Source: Haliotis rubra (taxonomy: Eukaryota). Taken from it: a stretch of DNA of 64,000 nt. The DNA lies in NCBI RefSeq assembly GCF_003918875.1, contig NW_025766981.1:434001-498000 (forward strand), given 5' to 3'. Of the stretch, positions 36,798 to 50,272 are shown one piece after another. The number at the start of each line of letters is the position of its first letter. The first letter of the stretch is position 1. The notes under the pieces were generated by a model. The model made no database searches. It was not told the DNA's origin and saw only the letters and a list, made by a program, of their open reading frames with translations. Made by a program: the position numbers and the translations under genes.

Positions 36798-37210
36798 TGG
36801 CTTGGTTGTTGTTTAACGCCGCACTCACCAATATTCCAGCTATATGGCGGCGGTCTGTAAATATTCGAGTCTGGGCCAGACAATGCAGTCATAAACATCA
36901 TGACTGAGTTTGGTTTTACGCCGCTTTTAGCAATATTCCAGCAACATCACGGCGGGGGACACCAGAAATGGGCTTCACACATTGTACCCATGTGGGGATT
37001 CGAACCTGGGTCTTCGGCGTGACGAGCCAACGCTTTAACCACTAGGCTACCCCACCGCCCCTCATAAACATCATGAGCATCGATGGACACAATTAGGACA
37101 TGATGGCATGTGTCAACCAAGTCAGCGCTCCTGACCACCCAATCCCCTTAGTTGCCTTTTACGACAAGCATGGGTCACTGAAGATCAATTCTTTCCCGGA
37201 TCTTCACGGG
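36798..37210 (-). mobile_element. Family B element split by a family A SINE
   Basis: The two halves rejoin across the TSD. Confidence 0.85.
36904..37061 (-). mobile_element. SINE family A nested inside a family B copy
   Basis: 15-bp TSD tcataaacatcatga. Confidence 0.9.
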
Positions 37211-37227
37211 CTGCAGTGTCTGTAAAA

Positions 37228-37385
37228 CAGTTTAGTTCAGTTTTATGCCGCTTTTAGAAATATTCCAGCAATATCCCAACGGGGGACGCCGTAAATGGGC
37301 TTCACATATTGTACATGCGTGGGGAATCGAACCCGGGTCTACGGCGAGACGACCGAACGCCGTAACCACAAGGCTATCCCACCCA
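37228..37385 (-). mobile_element. SINE family A
   Basis: Reverse-complement consensus match. Confidence 0.8.
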
Positions 37386-37974
37386 CATGATTTGCTACAA
37401 GAACAGACAACAGAAATGTACCTTTTTGTCTTGCACTTTTTCATCATAAAAAGTGTTTGTCAAGTAGTTTTATAGCCAAAGCAGTACAGATATCAGAAGT
37501 AACTAATTTAGTTTTTGCGTTATATCGATTCATATTTTCATATCAACCGAGAGTTCTATGTCCACAATAAACACATCATGTCTATGTCATGATGAAAGGG
37601 GGGTAACTCTGGCCTGTTTAGCTCGGCAAACAAAGGCCTCATAATGTATAACATTTCAGCACATATATTGAGGGCTATACTTTCAGTGTTTGAAAAATGA
37701 GTGTCTATTTTCAAGCATTGATATTAATTAATGTCAAAATTCCTGTTTGTTTCACATAAGAAAAACGTGATTTTTGCGCGTACACTTCTCCTTTAAATCT
37801 CCATTGAAAGAACACGCGTTTTGATGCATAAAAATGTTTGACAAACACTAGTTTACCCTTATACTTACCTTTAAGCGAGATGTGAATTGTTTTATTGAGC
37901 CCATGTAGCCGTTGAACTCATGAATAGTAGATAATTGTCGCATACAGTGACAGAGCTCACAGTTGGCTATAACT

Positions 37975-38202
37975 GAGTGAGTTTAGTTTTACTCCGCACT
38001 CAGCAATATTCCAGCTTTATGGCGACGTTTTCTACATAATCAAGTCTGGACCAGACAATCCAGTGGTCAACAATATGAGCACCGATCTACGGAATTGGGA
38101 TACGATTACATGTATCAACCAAGTCAATAAGCCCGACCACCCGATCCCGTAGTCGCCTCTTACGACAAGCTGAAGATCAATTCTAACCCGGATCTTCACG
38201 GG
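37975..38202 (-). mobile_element. Family B element
   Basis: Reverse match; imperfect TSD agttg.ctataa.t. Confidence 0.82.
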
Positions 38203-39063
38203 TTAGTTGACTATAATTTAACCAGGCGCCATGGCAATGTGCGGTACTGAATACAACATGGAACAGAACAAGGTCATAAGGCGACACATCGCATGACAAT
38301 ATGCAATATAATGCGTCAAAGATTCTTCTTGTTTGACTATGCAAATATGGGTTTTACACGCGTACATACATATAGCTACATCGGAAATATATTCTAAGAC
38401 TTACATTTGTTTTGTTATCTTTAAATAGTATGAAAATTTTAATTATGTAATGTAACAAGGTGAGACTTAACCCGGACGCTCCTCTCATGGAAACTATCTG
38501 TCTGTTTTGTTATGCAAGCGGACACGTTTCCATCAGGTCACCAGCTTAATCACTTTCCTTCAACCTGTTGTCAGTTATTTCGACAAAGGTGAGTAGGAGA
38601 AAAGGTCTCCAGAGTTTGAGCCGTTAAGCGTTTGCTTACATTTTGTCATTCATTTGAAATTAAGAATAGTGTTGATTTATGTTTTAGTTATTCAAATTCT
38701 TCATGCGTATATCTGCGCAGGGAACTGAAATATATGATTTATGATAGTTTCCAAATGCACAGGTTACGTATTTGAAGCAAATACGCAGCTTAACAGCGGG
38801 TCCGGGCAGGTATTAATGCATTAACACCTTGTACAGGTACCTCAGCTTCTTTCCTTGTTTCCAGTACCTCAAGGATAATTGGAAATTTTTTTAAAACATG
38901 CAACATAACGTACGCATTTTGTTTCAAAACCTATATTCTATATCTACTATGTGTAAAATAACGGGTTGCACAAAAGACAAAAGAGGAAAATTAAAAGTGA
39001 AACCGTAATAGAGAAATATATTTTCCTTTTAGCAAGAAAGAAAGGTGTGCCTATGAAGCCCTG

Positions 39064-39180
39064 CCTAGCTATTCTCGAAACGTTCGTAGCCCTACGAACT
39101 TCTTAAGCCCATTCTGAACACATTGGCTACGATCAAAGTTAAGAATTCCTAGGGCTAAGAACGTTTCGAGAATAAGGGCC
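39064..39180. mobile_element. Palindromic MITE of the same structural class as 30827
   Basis: tattctcgaaacgttcgtagcccta / tagggctaagaacgtttcgagaata; ctg on both flanks. Confidence 0.65.
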
Positions 39181-39391
39181 CTGGTGCGTTCCAGACACAT
39201 TACTTTTGCGAATATTTATAACTTAGCAAGTTTGATGTAGGTTTTAAAACAGGATAGCGTCAAATCTTTAGTGGCAACCTTTACTAACTGCACACGTACA
39301 TGTTGATACAGTCATATTTGTCACATCATACCAACCCTGTAAATATAATGCAAATGTATAGGCATTGATCAGTTTCAGTTCATACGAGAAA

Positions 39392-39557
39392 AGGGAGCGG
39401 TTGGGTAGCCTAGTGGTTAAAGCGTTCGATCGACATACTGAAGACCCGGGTTCGATTCCCAACATGGGTACAATGTGTGAAGCCCATTTCTGGTGTCCTC
39501 CGCCGTGATATTGCTGGAATATGGCTAAACCCGGCGTAAAACTAAAACTGACTCACT
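39392..39557 (+). mobile_element. SINE family A
   Basis: Consensus match; TSD catacga.aaaag. Confidence 0.86.
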
Positions 39558-40255
39558 CATACGACAAAAGATTCGTGCTGTCCATTCATATAGCTTTCAC
39601 ACCCGTGTTTCCCATTACATCAAACGGAATTTGTTTCTGGGGATATTCCTGAGAGGATGTTCTTTTGCACTGACGACTTGTACAAACCGAAACATGAGTC
39701 TCATTAACCAGTTCAGACAAGGACCTACTTTCCGGCTGATCCGAATTTTCTCGTGTGAAAGTGGAAAGAGACACTACAAACAACTATGGTTACACTGAAT
39801 TCGAATTAGTTGTTTCATAAGAAAATGGTATTTACAAATGACTTTTAATTTCAAACTTTAATAAAATCGTAGTTTTATATTTTATGGCGAGGTGTAGGCA
39901 GCATGATCTTACTAAGACGTCACAGACTGCCCCTGTTTGATGAGGTCGGAAAATGATTCACAATTCATCTGGCTCACTGGTTACACCTGTTATGGGTTCT
40001 TGGCGCTTAGTCAGTGTATTTTTGTAATGAACAATGTGACTGACATAATATCATGTCCGTACCAGACCACCAAACGTTTCTACCGGCCGAGCCTCGTTTT
40101 GAGATTTCCACGATTTCTAGGTTTCCGTTTGTCAGAGCACGCTGTACGACAGAGCACGCTGCACGACGTGTTTGAAAGGAGTGTAGTGTTGCAGTATGCA
40201 AGTGCTTAGATGTATAAAATAATACTGATTAATATTTATATATCCAGTTGTTAAA

Positions 40256-40761
40256 TACTCTTCAAAGAATGTAGGGGAACTTCATTTAATTTACGATTGA
40301 AAACATTGGGAGATATATCGGAGTCAATCAATGTTGATATGATAATAATGAATGTTTTGAGTATGTATCACCACTTGCATTTCCACATGACCATAGTTGT
40401 TTGTACAGTATTCGCTCTTGAAAGATGATTGGTGTATGACGTAAAATTTGCATGTGTACGATTTTCATATTCAAACAAAAAATGGCTAGAAACAAACACT
40501 AACAACTGTGTGATGCAAGATGATTGTCAAAATTAATGGTCTACAGTGATTTATCGACCTTCTTGAAAACCGTCAAAATCAAGAATGACACCCCATGCAC
40601 GTGTATGGGGCGCTACTGCGTTGTGAATGTCATGTGTTGTGTTTAGGATGGTGTTAAAAAGAAATGGTGGTGCGTAAGATGTCTGTGTTTGAAAACTTTG
40701 TTAACGCTTATACTTCCTATCGAAATTGAAAGTTCAGGTTCCCCAACTTTTTTGAAGAGTA
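40256..40761. mobile_element. Tc1-type MITE
   Basis: TIRs tactcttcaaagaatgtaggggaac / gttccccaacttttttgaagagta; TA on the right side. Confidence 0.75.
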
Positions 40762-41186
40762 TACAGAGGATGAACAAAACGTCAAAACCAATTGCCCTGT
40801 GTAGTTGGATCTGCGTTTAAACCTTGAATGTTTGGCTTGTTTTACAAATACTCATTTTCGCTTTTACCTGATATACAGAAATCCAGCTTTTTAATATGGA
40901 ATGAAGATATGTGTTTTAACGTTGCCAAAAACCTTTAATTGTATTGTATCTTAAAGTCGGGTTTTATTGTATCAGTGATGTCATTTTGTAACTCTGTGCC
41001 TTATATCTGGTGTTTATATACTTGCATATTTTAAAGATAAATATTTCCACATTCATGTGAGGAAAGGTTTTGTTTTAAATGTATATACATAGTCATAATT
41101 CTACTAGAATTACTTGTGTGCATGGTTTTACTTGTTCACAATATTGTTGTACATGTGGTGAGACTTAAATAAACTATCTGTCTCTT

Positions 41187-41500
41187 CAACATATGTTATA
41201 TTTGGGATTACACTTTCTTAGTAAAGTACAAATTATAGTACTTTTTCCGGGAATCGGACCCACACCCTCAGAATCAGGCACCAAATCGCCAGCACACAAA
41301 GTCAGCCGCCAAATGGAAGCCAAATGGAAGTCGGACAACTGGTAGTCAAGACTGCGGACTTTGTGTACCCCTCTGATAAGTGTAATGGCACGGCTCCCAC
41401 GGCAGAAAGCTATGGACTACCAGTTGTCCGACTTTGTACTTTACTAAGAAAGTGTAATCCCAAATATAACATATGTTGCATTTGACCACTTTCCAAATGT
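41187..41500. mobile_element. Unclassified element with inverted ends of about 46 bp and an internal tRNA-like B box
   Basis: caacatatgttatatttgggattacactttcttagtaaagtacaaa and its perfect reverse complement; internal 19-bp hairpin; related copy at 57022-57233. Confidence 0.65.
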
Positions 41501-41526
41501 CATATATGTCTGTCTGTCTGTATCCA

Positions 41527-42866
41527 TACTACTGGTATAAAGTAACTGTGCATCATAATATTGAAATCTGAATGGTTTGATGTCAAGCACCGTGACACAC
41601 CCTTGAAGAGAGGTCAGTTCACAAATCCAGTATCTTGTGTGTCCACCATTGGCGTTGATGCAGGCTTGACAATGACTACGCATAGACGACACTAAGCGAT
41701 TGGAGAAAGATTGTGGAATGTTGTTCCATGTCTGAACCAACGCTTATCCCAATTCAGTTAACGTCAAAGGCTGATCCTGGGCTTGACGTAAACGTCTCTC
41801 CATTGCATTCCAATCGTGCTCGATAGGGGACATATCCGGAGAAACAGCTGGCCAGGGGAGTACCGGAATGCTGTGTCCGAAATCTGTAACAACACGAGCG
41901 ACATGTGGACGGACATTATCTTGCTGAAGTGTGAAGTTACATCTCTGTCCTTGAATCGGCAGCACATCAGGCCCAATGATTTCATCCCTGTATCGTAGGC
42001 CTGTCAGATTGCCATTGACAGTGACAAGACGTGTCCGACGATGAGATGTGATGACCCCCCATACCATAACGCCCCGCCACCAAACTGCTGACGTTGAACA
42101 ACGCGCGCGTCAGCATACCGTTCACCTCGTCTGTACACCCTTCCCATGCCATCTGAGCTGTTCAGATGGAATCTCGATTCGTCAGTGAACCATCTCAGTC
42201 TTGTCCCCCTTATCGTAGATGCTGTTTGCACCAGGCAGGACGTGTCGGTGACGTTGGAGCAAAATTGGACGTATTGCAGGCCGCCGGGTCCGGATGCTGT
42301 GCTCCCTCAGTCAGTTCCGTACAGTGCTGGAACTGATTGGACCTAAGCCAGGCACTGTTCGAGCAGTCAAAGTGGCAATTTCGAGTCGATTTCTTAGATG
42401 GGTCATCCGAATGTGGTTGTCTTGCTGACGTGACGTCACACGTGGACGGCCGGTCCCGAGGCAAATCTCTCATGTTCCCATTATGTTCAAAACGTCTCCT
42501 TAGAGATGAAATCGTGTTTCGAAGGACACCAAAATGTCTGACCACTTCATCTTGGGCCATTACAGTAATCAACATACCCACGGCGCGGAGACGCTGATTT
42601 TCTGTTAGCCGTGACATCACGTACGCGCAGTTTAGGTTGAAACGTGTTTTCCACAACATTCTGAGGCTAGAGAATAATCAACCGTTCTTCAATTTTCAAT
42701 ATCAGGTGTTTGAACTTTAAGTGTCAAAACGTGAATCAAATACGTGACATCAAAGTTTGATGCAAAGTGCTTTGCTACGTGTTTATATAGGGTTATTTTT
42801 ATAACTTTTTAAATAACTTTTATTTCTTGCAATTTTGTTATGCACACTTACTTTTTTCCGTTAGTA
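41527..42866 (-). mobile_element. Degraded Tc1/mariner transposon
   Basis: Transposase pieces MSRLTENQRLRAVGML, WFTDESRF, QQDNVRPH, SPDMSPIEH, GGHTRY. Imperfect TIRs tactactggtataaagtaactgtgca / tgcacacttacttttttccgttagta. Confidence 0.88.
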
Positions 42867-44687
42867 TATTACAGTCAGTCATGGCCAATGTAATAGAGGG
42901 GAGTTACTCTAAAGACTTAAGATAAATCGTAGGGACGTATGTATTTACGCAAAACACATACAAAAAAACAGCTGGCAGGCCAATTTGAATGCCAAGGAGA
43001 ATGTCAGTTTTCTCAATCAAATTCTTATTGTCAAAGACACGCGATGTGAACGCATTCATCAATATTCCGATTATATGACGCAACATGTGACAAAAACATG
43101 TTTATATGATTGTATTTGTGTCGACAATAATCTGTTGTGGCATCTGGCAGCCAACGCTTCGTCAAGAACTGCGCAACTCAATATATGGTATCCTTTCAAT
43201 ATCATTGAAAACTGAAGAAATATTTGTCACCTTCAAACTACCGCCTGCCAAGATTGAACAAATGAAAAGCAGTATTGTCACAAAGTAGAAATACATATCA
43301 GTACAGACTATTGACACATCTGAAACGATTAATCGAGTCATTATCCTGACGCCACATGTTGTGGTCTAGGTATCGCGATACTTTAGCGAATGTTTTTCAG
43401 ATGCACTATTCCATGGCAGTACTGGCAGTGGTTGTTGTATGCACCTGGTGCAATGAAACATGTAATTGTACTTTAATTGACCGCTTTGCCTCGTTGTATA
43501 CTAACTTGAGGGCGAGATGGCCAGGCAGTACGCATGGCAGCCACGTGTTCAAGAAGAATAATGTGCAGCAACACCTTGAAACTCATACAGGACGGTGTTA
43601 TTCTCGATGACAGTAGATGCGCATGTCGTCTATTATTCATGACTCCGGGTGATTCAATAAAATAAAAAGTGTCATGCATAATTAGGTTTAATGTTGCTAT
43701 TAGTTATTAAAGTATGCTATAACCGGAATCTGGCCATGATAAAATGTGAACTAATAGTTACGAATTACTAAACGATACACTGCCTTTAACCCGAGCGTCA
43801 ATGGCTGCAAAAACGAACGTTCATTTTTGGTGAATGAGACAAGTCACAAAGTCTTGTTTTGAATTTTATTTTCGGAACGATAATTTGTGAAAAGCATGAC
43901 GTAGTCACTCAGTGAATGCCCCCAGTGCCTACAGTGGAAATTTCAGGCAATGAAAATAAACATCGTTATTTCAACAGAAGCCATGCATGTAATGGAGGAT
44001 AAGAGAAAATCATTTTCTGTGAAAAGTGAAACAAGAATCAAGTAGAAAATCATTCTACATGTGACATCACGGCACATGAAAGCTGATTTCTTGAAGTTTG
44101 GAACAGTATTGGTATTCATGGAAATGCTCTATTTATGTTTGTTTATTTTATACATTAATGTTATTTTAGCAATTTTAATATTATAGAGTCTTGTGATTCT
44201 AGACATTAAAATGTGTTTTAAGCCTAATTTTAATGTGTTTTGAAATGTCATGGAAATACACATATTTACATCAGTGTCAATTCATGTCCATTATCCTGAC
44301 ATGTGTGTTATGTCATATATTCCAAAGGCTAATGACACGTAAGCAAATTAATGACATTTCCATGTGTTTACATACCAATGGAATGATTTGGACAGTTTAC
44401 TATTTCAATCCTTATGTCACACGTGAGAAATCAAACATTTCAATTCAATTTCGAGATGCAGGGTTTCACGTGTGGCATATATTAGATTAAGTGGCACCTA
44501 TACGTTTGGAATGATTAGAGAAACTAGTTAATCAGTGGATTGCTTGTCATTACAGAAAAAGAAGAAGATTATCTTATTACAGTGGCTGTGAGTGGCACAT
44601 GCTGTGGTACAATATATATGGACATGTTATGAAGTTACATTAAATACAGCACCCGGTCAGTTGGCTTACGAGACAGTAATTACTTCA

Positions 44688-44827
44688 NNNNNNNNNNNNN
44701 NNNNNNNNNNNNNNNNNNNNNNNNNNNNNNNNNNNNNNNNNNNNNNNNNNNNNNNNNNNNNNNNNNNNNNNNNNNNNNNNNNNNNNNNNNNNNNNNNNNN
44801 NNNNNNNNNNNNNNNNNNNNNNNNNNN
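44688..44827. other. Assembly gap
   Basis: Run of N. Confidence 1.
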
Positions 44828-45100
44828 ATACATACATCAGGTACGTACACACGCACACATGCACGCATATGCATGCGCACCCACGCATGCACGTATTAAA
44901 CAATGCAATAGATTATAAAAAGGATAAAATGTAGCTAAGGGTTAATATAAAGTTTACGGTGCCTGTATATTTTTTAATGTCTGTAGGCACTTCCTGCGGC
45001 TTCTGTCAACAAATTTACAGCTCGTTAATTTGGACAAAGGATGCTAAGTAGGAGTTGGGAAGTACAAATTTTATGGATAACAACTTCTTTATTTCGTGAG

Positions 45101-45140
45101 TGCGACGTTTCGATATAGATTCTTGTATCGTTGTCAAGCA
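45101..45140 (-). ncRNA. Minimal hammerhead motif (U3:A8 variant), Penelope-like remnant
   Basis: UGC-UUGACAA-C-GAUA(loop)UAUC-GAAA-CG-UC-GCA, then AAUAAA. A degenerate third copy is at about 62930-62980. Confidence 0.62.
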
Positions 45141-45432
45141 GCAATGTAACGTGAAGTGGAGGCGAAGTATATATACTGAGTGTAACAAAGAAAACCATAA
45201 TTGGCTTGGCAGAAAGCTCATAAACCCAGCGAGTTGAAAAAAGGAAAAGGCGTAGAGGCCAGAGATGTACAAATGAAAGGGGTAGTTTACAAAGGAGGAG
45301 ATGTTTATACAGTTGATTGGGTTTGATGGAGGAGTGCGTCACAGCGGATGGAATGAAATATGGTGGGCTTTTGGCGTTTGATGTGAATGGCTTTTGCGTC
45401 TGCGTTTGAATCCGTTGATTACTCTTGTGGCA

Positions 45433-45788
45433 GACCGCCTCCGTGGTGTTGTGGTTAGAGTGTCCGCCCGGAGAGCGGAAGGTCGCGGGTTCGATCCCCG
45501 ACCGCGTCATACCAAAAGACGTTAAAATTTGGTACTTGTTGGTCCCTGCTGGCGCTCGGCATTAATGGGTACAACAAGGACTGGTCGGCTCGGAGTCAGT
45601 ATAATGTGTCTGAGTGGGGTATTCATGCTTCACTGCGGTATGGTATCTCAGTGGGCTAGCATTTTAAAACCAGCTTCAGTCTGGGCTACTACAAGCAACC
45701 GCACATACACATACACACGCATGCACGTCGTCATATGAGCGAAATATTCTCAAGCACGACGTTAAACCCAATTTCACCCCACCTCACC
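45433..45788 (+). mobile_element. tRNA-headed Meta/MESC-type SINE (family C)
   Basis: A and B boxes; core gtcataccaaaagacgttaaaa..tggtacttg..ccctg.ctggcgctcggcatta; 13-bp TSD tactcttgtggca. Confidence 0.82.
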
Positions 45789-46056
45789 TACTCTTGTGGC
45801 AACTTAAAACAGCAGACATTACAAGACTTGCTAAACACTTCGAAACAATCAGGAATTACCTTTTCAGGTGAAAAGAAGGTAGCGTGAACATCTAAAACCT
45901 TTAAAACAGCTAGCTATAACTGAAGGGGGAGAAGTCAAATACTGTAGATATGTAGGATATTGATTTAAGTTAATCGATGCCTAGAGTAGTGTGTTTAAGC
46001 AGACTGAGTGAGTTAGAAATTTACGTCACAAGGGCAATATTCCAGCCATAACGTGA

Positions 46057-46291
46057 CTGAGTTGTGTTTTACGCCGCACCCAGCAATATTCCAGCTATAT
46101 GGTGACGGTCTGTAAATAATCAGATCTGGACCAGACAATCCAGGGATCAACGGCATGAACATGATCTACGCAAATGGGATGCGTTGACATGTGTCAAACA
46201 AGTCAGCGAGCCTGACCACCCGATCCCGTTAGTCGCCTCTTACGACAAGCATAGGTTACTGAAGATCAATTCTAACCCGGATCTTCACGGG
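46057..46291 (-). mobile_element. Family B short retroelement (about 240 bp, no tRNA head)
   Basis: Consensus cccgtgaagatccgggttagaattgatcttcagtaacccatgcttgtcgtaagaggcgactaacggg...ctggaatattgctgagtgcggcgt(t/a)aaac; TSD cataacgtga; about 13 copies in the window. Confidence 0.85.
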
Positions 46292-46656
46292 TCATAACGT
46301 GAGGAAAAATTGAATATTAATATTGGATATATACACAAAGAACTTAGTTAAGCACCCCCTGACATATCACACGATTGAATGAGCCCCGATCGTACCTCTT
46401 TGGGGCATATCTCGGACGTGATTGGTCGTGGTGTGCAACAAAGGGATCCTCCTGTACAGAACCTGGCCCAATTGGAAGCTGGTTTACACGTGGACTGACC
46501 CTTCAGAGGAACAGGAGGCTGACAGGGGATATAAGGTGGAGAGTGCTGACTGTCGTACAGTCACATGGAGGTTGCACTCGGTGTAAGACACACCAAATGA
46601 CATTTTGAATGTTACAATAACAAATATGCGGTCTTAAAAAACCTGGCATGCATATT

Positions 46657-46824
46657 GACTGACTGCCTGAGTTTGGTTTTACGCCGCATTTAGCAATATT
46701 CCAGCAACATCACGGCAGGGGACACCAGAAATGGGCTTCACACATTGTGCCCATGTGGGGATTCGAACCCGGGTCTTCGGCGTGACGAGCCAACGCTTTA
46801 ACCATTAGGCTACCCCACCGCCCC
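46657..46824 (-). mobile_element. SINE family A
   Basis: Near-consensus reverse copy. Confidence 0.88.
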
Positions 46825-47446
46825 GGCATTCATCTTGAATGGTGTGGGACATACATACCTTCCCAGGGGGACAATTATTTTGTGATACTTCAGCCAGCCA
46901 GCCCCCCCCCCCGCGAGATTATAGCCACTAACAATCGCAGTTATTTATACGCACTGCCAATTTCTAAAATATTAGTATGCACATCAGAATTTATCAGTCA
47001 GTTCAATGTCCTTTAAAAATTCAAGAAATTTACCGAGAGCTAACATTGTAAACACAGATCCTTCATTGTCGAAGCTTTGAAATATCCATCCCCTGTGATG
47101 GAAACATATTATATTGTTTCTGGTTTAGGCCGAGAAGTGGGCAATCGTCTGGGCCAAGGCTCAGGCATTCTTGAGAGATTTGAAAGTAGGCTCAAATCAC
47201 CCGACTGATTTTGGAAGGGATTAATAAGGAGCCAGCTAATTCATAAATTAGTGTAAGGGTCATATAAAAAAGGTCCTAATACAATTTGTAAAATTAATTA
47301 GTAGTGGTAACTGCTAATTCTATTTCCCTAGCTCATTTCAAATGCTGACATACTGTAAGCATATTATATAACTAATCTTCAACCGTTTTTTTTTCGAGAA
47401 TATATGAGCTGGTTGATAACACGAACAACTATCAATACAGAAAAGA

Positions 47447-47581
47447 ATGAGTGAGTTAACTTAATAGTCCAGCAATCATCTGGAACACCAGAAATGGGTT
47501 TCACACATTGTACCCATGGACTCAATCCCGGGTTTTCGGCGTGACGAGCGAACGCTTTAACCACTAGTCTACCCCACCCCC
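47447..47581 (-). mobile_element. SINE family A (degraded)
   Basis: Reverse copy with deletions. Confidence 0.75.
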
Positions 47582-49790
47582 TCAGAACAGAAAAAGACAA
47601 GACAGACAAAATAGTTGATTTATGTGTCACGTGAATGTACATGTCAAAAATGGCAACGGTAAAAAGACATAGAAAAATACAGACACCAGGCCAGATGGCC
47701 AATGAGACACACTAGACAATATGTGCATAAAATGTATAAAATATAAGATTAAAACATTAAGGAGTATCACACATATGAAAGACCTAAGGAAAAAACAACT
47801 TTATTGGGATGATAGCTTACGCCGATACATACGGCTAACTAAAGCGGCCAGTGGATTAACAATAATATCTGTTTGTAAGAGGAGTGTAGCTTGTTCAGTG
47901 TTTGATAACTGAGCAAAATTTGGGTGTAAGATACTAGATTTTCTAAACAAATCATACCGAAGATCAAAATAATAAGGACAGATAACTATGAAATGGACTT
48001 CGTCTTCGACAGCCTGACTACTACAGTGACGACAAAGCCTGTCTGCAAGTGGCGTCGCAGGACGAGAAAATCTACCACGTTCTATTTCTAATGGAAGTGT
48101 ACCACAGCGAAGTTTACCTAGAACGCTACTGTGCCATCTGGGCAGTAAAGCAGTTATGTGTGGTTCTGGAGTAACAGTGTACTTAAACTGTCTATATGTG
48201 CGTATCTTATTACTGTTAGGATTACCCTAGTCATTCCACAATTCCCGTAGCCACTCCTGGTGATCTAACAACTGTATAATATGTTGAAATGACAAAGTCA
48301 ATTCACTACTAGACATGTGTAGCAGGTCTCGCACTGGGACTTGCAACGATTGTAGTAAAGATGACACTGTGTTATCCCATGATTTGGCTAAACGCCGTGA
48401 CCAGCTGCTAATAACAGAAGGCAATCGGTGCCATACGGTGCAACTTAACCCCAAAACGTTCTATGTTTTGACAAAGTACTTCGAAGAAAAGAACTTTCAG
48501 GAACGTGCGAATATGTACTGCTAATATAAATTCATCTATGGGCCCATTTCTGGTGTCCCCGCCGTGAAAATGCTGGAATAATGCTAAAAGCGGCGTAAAA
48601 CCATACTCACTCATCAATAGAGGGCTCACGACAGAAGTTACTTCTCCAACCATAACTTAACTGTTTCATACAAACATATTGTTTGTATATCCACATTAGG
48701 TCCCATGTTATCCTTTCCTTTCATCTTGTACGATAACCTCACATTTAAGATGAGTAACAAAATTATGTTTAATTTAATTTCAGGGGAAATAATAGCCAGA
48801 ATCGGTAAAGATTTTGTTTAGGTGTCAAGTCCTGGTGTTATGTAACCAATTTCCGCCCTGTCTCTCAACGGGGTGCTGTTTAAGTCCTCTTATCGTTCGG
48901 ATTTCCTAGCCAGTGCGTATTGACCAGTAAGGTCAAGAGTTCATGTGCTGATGTCATAGTCACCACGTGACAGCCCCACGCGACAATGTTTACATTAAGA
49001 CACGGCTGCGGACTGAGTTGTGCGATCAGAAACATCACAACAGATTACGATATGCAGGTTCGGGGTTACAGGTTAGACGGACCGTAAGAAGCACACACAA
49101 GCTATATAGGCGGGCTGTGAATGTGCTGCTCATTCGACAGTGACGCTAGGTTCTAAATATACCTCCTTAATTGCCAACTCTGAGCCGTGGTGACTCGCGG
49201 CCATGGGGTAACTGGACCGTGTTCTGTGACAGTCAGCAACAGTGAGCAAGGAGGTCGACGAACATGCTGCACTCCTCAAGTGGGTTATTCATATATCTCA
49301 CTCCGTGACAGCCCAGATGATTTATGTCTGTCACTGCGAACACGGGACTTCTGCACTCCTCCCAGTCCAGAGTTCAGAATCCAGGTTTGTCTGACCTCAT
49401 AACAATAACTCCACGTGATGACTCGATATGGAACTAAAGATGAACTGACTGACATGTAGCTATCTAGGATACCTCCACCACCGACAAACGTCTCTCATCT
49501 TGAAAACAGTGTTGAATAAGGCAAGTACTGAACCGTTTGATCTTTTGCTTATCTTAAGCGGGCTGTCTCGTCAAAGGGAAGTAACTCTAATTTGTTATGC
49601 GTGGGATAAAACAAGCGTCGGAGGCTTTCTTTGTCTGTGAACACGAATGAAAGGAACAGTGCTGGAACAAAACTAGTCTGTCTCACAGTCCATGAACCAC
49701 ATTATTTTCCCTACAGCCTAGCCCTCCCCGCAATGCCAAAGCCCTAAATGAAGTCTAGATTTCCCTAGGTCCTGAATCTCCCAACTCACT

Positions 49791-49989
49791 NNNNNNNNNN
49801 NNNNNNNNNNNNNNNNNNNNNNNNNNNNNNNNNNNNNNNNNNNNNNNNNNNNNNNNNNNNNNNNNNNNNNNNNNNNNNNNNNNNNNNNNNNNNNNNNNNN
49901 NNNNNNNNNNNNNNNNNNNNNNNNNNNNNNNNNNNNNNNNNNNNNNNNNNNNNNNNNNNNNNNNNNNNNNNNNNNNNNNNNNNNNNNNN
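49791..49989. other. Assembly gap
   Basis: Run of N. Confidence 1.
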
Positions 49990-50198
49990 TTGTCCGATTC
50001 AGAGTGTTTTCATTTCAACCAAATCGAGATCCTATGTGTTTTATCCAGTCTATAAACCGACCTTTTGTAAGAAATACCAAAAAGAGAAAAATACACCAGC
50101 CGAACCTGATAGATAAACAAAGCCGTAGTGGCGGTATAAAACGAATTCTATGAAAACCACGTGCACATCCTGACGTCACATGACAAGGGTGAGGCGAC

Positions 50199-50272
50199 AT
50201 TCGTAACTACTCGTCTCTTTCCCATTGAAAGTCTACTTTCAGGTTATGGCAAGGGACGAGTAGTTACGAATG
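50199..50272. repeat. Hairpin / small palindromic element
   Basis: cattcgtaactactcgtc ... gacgagtagttacgaatg. Confidence 0.6.

Noticed and set aside
44592-44918. ORFs containing X runs
   Set aside because: They span an assembly gap.
49000-49530. Promoter and non-coding first exon of paralogue 4 (TATA-like at about 49103, possible GC donor at 49521)
   Set aside because: Plausible but cannot be supported without transcript data.
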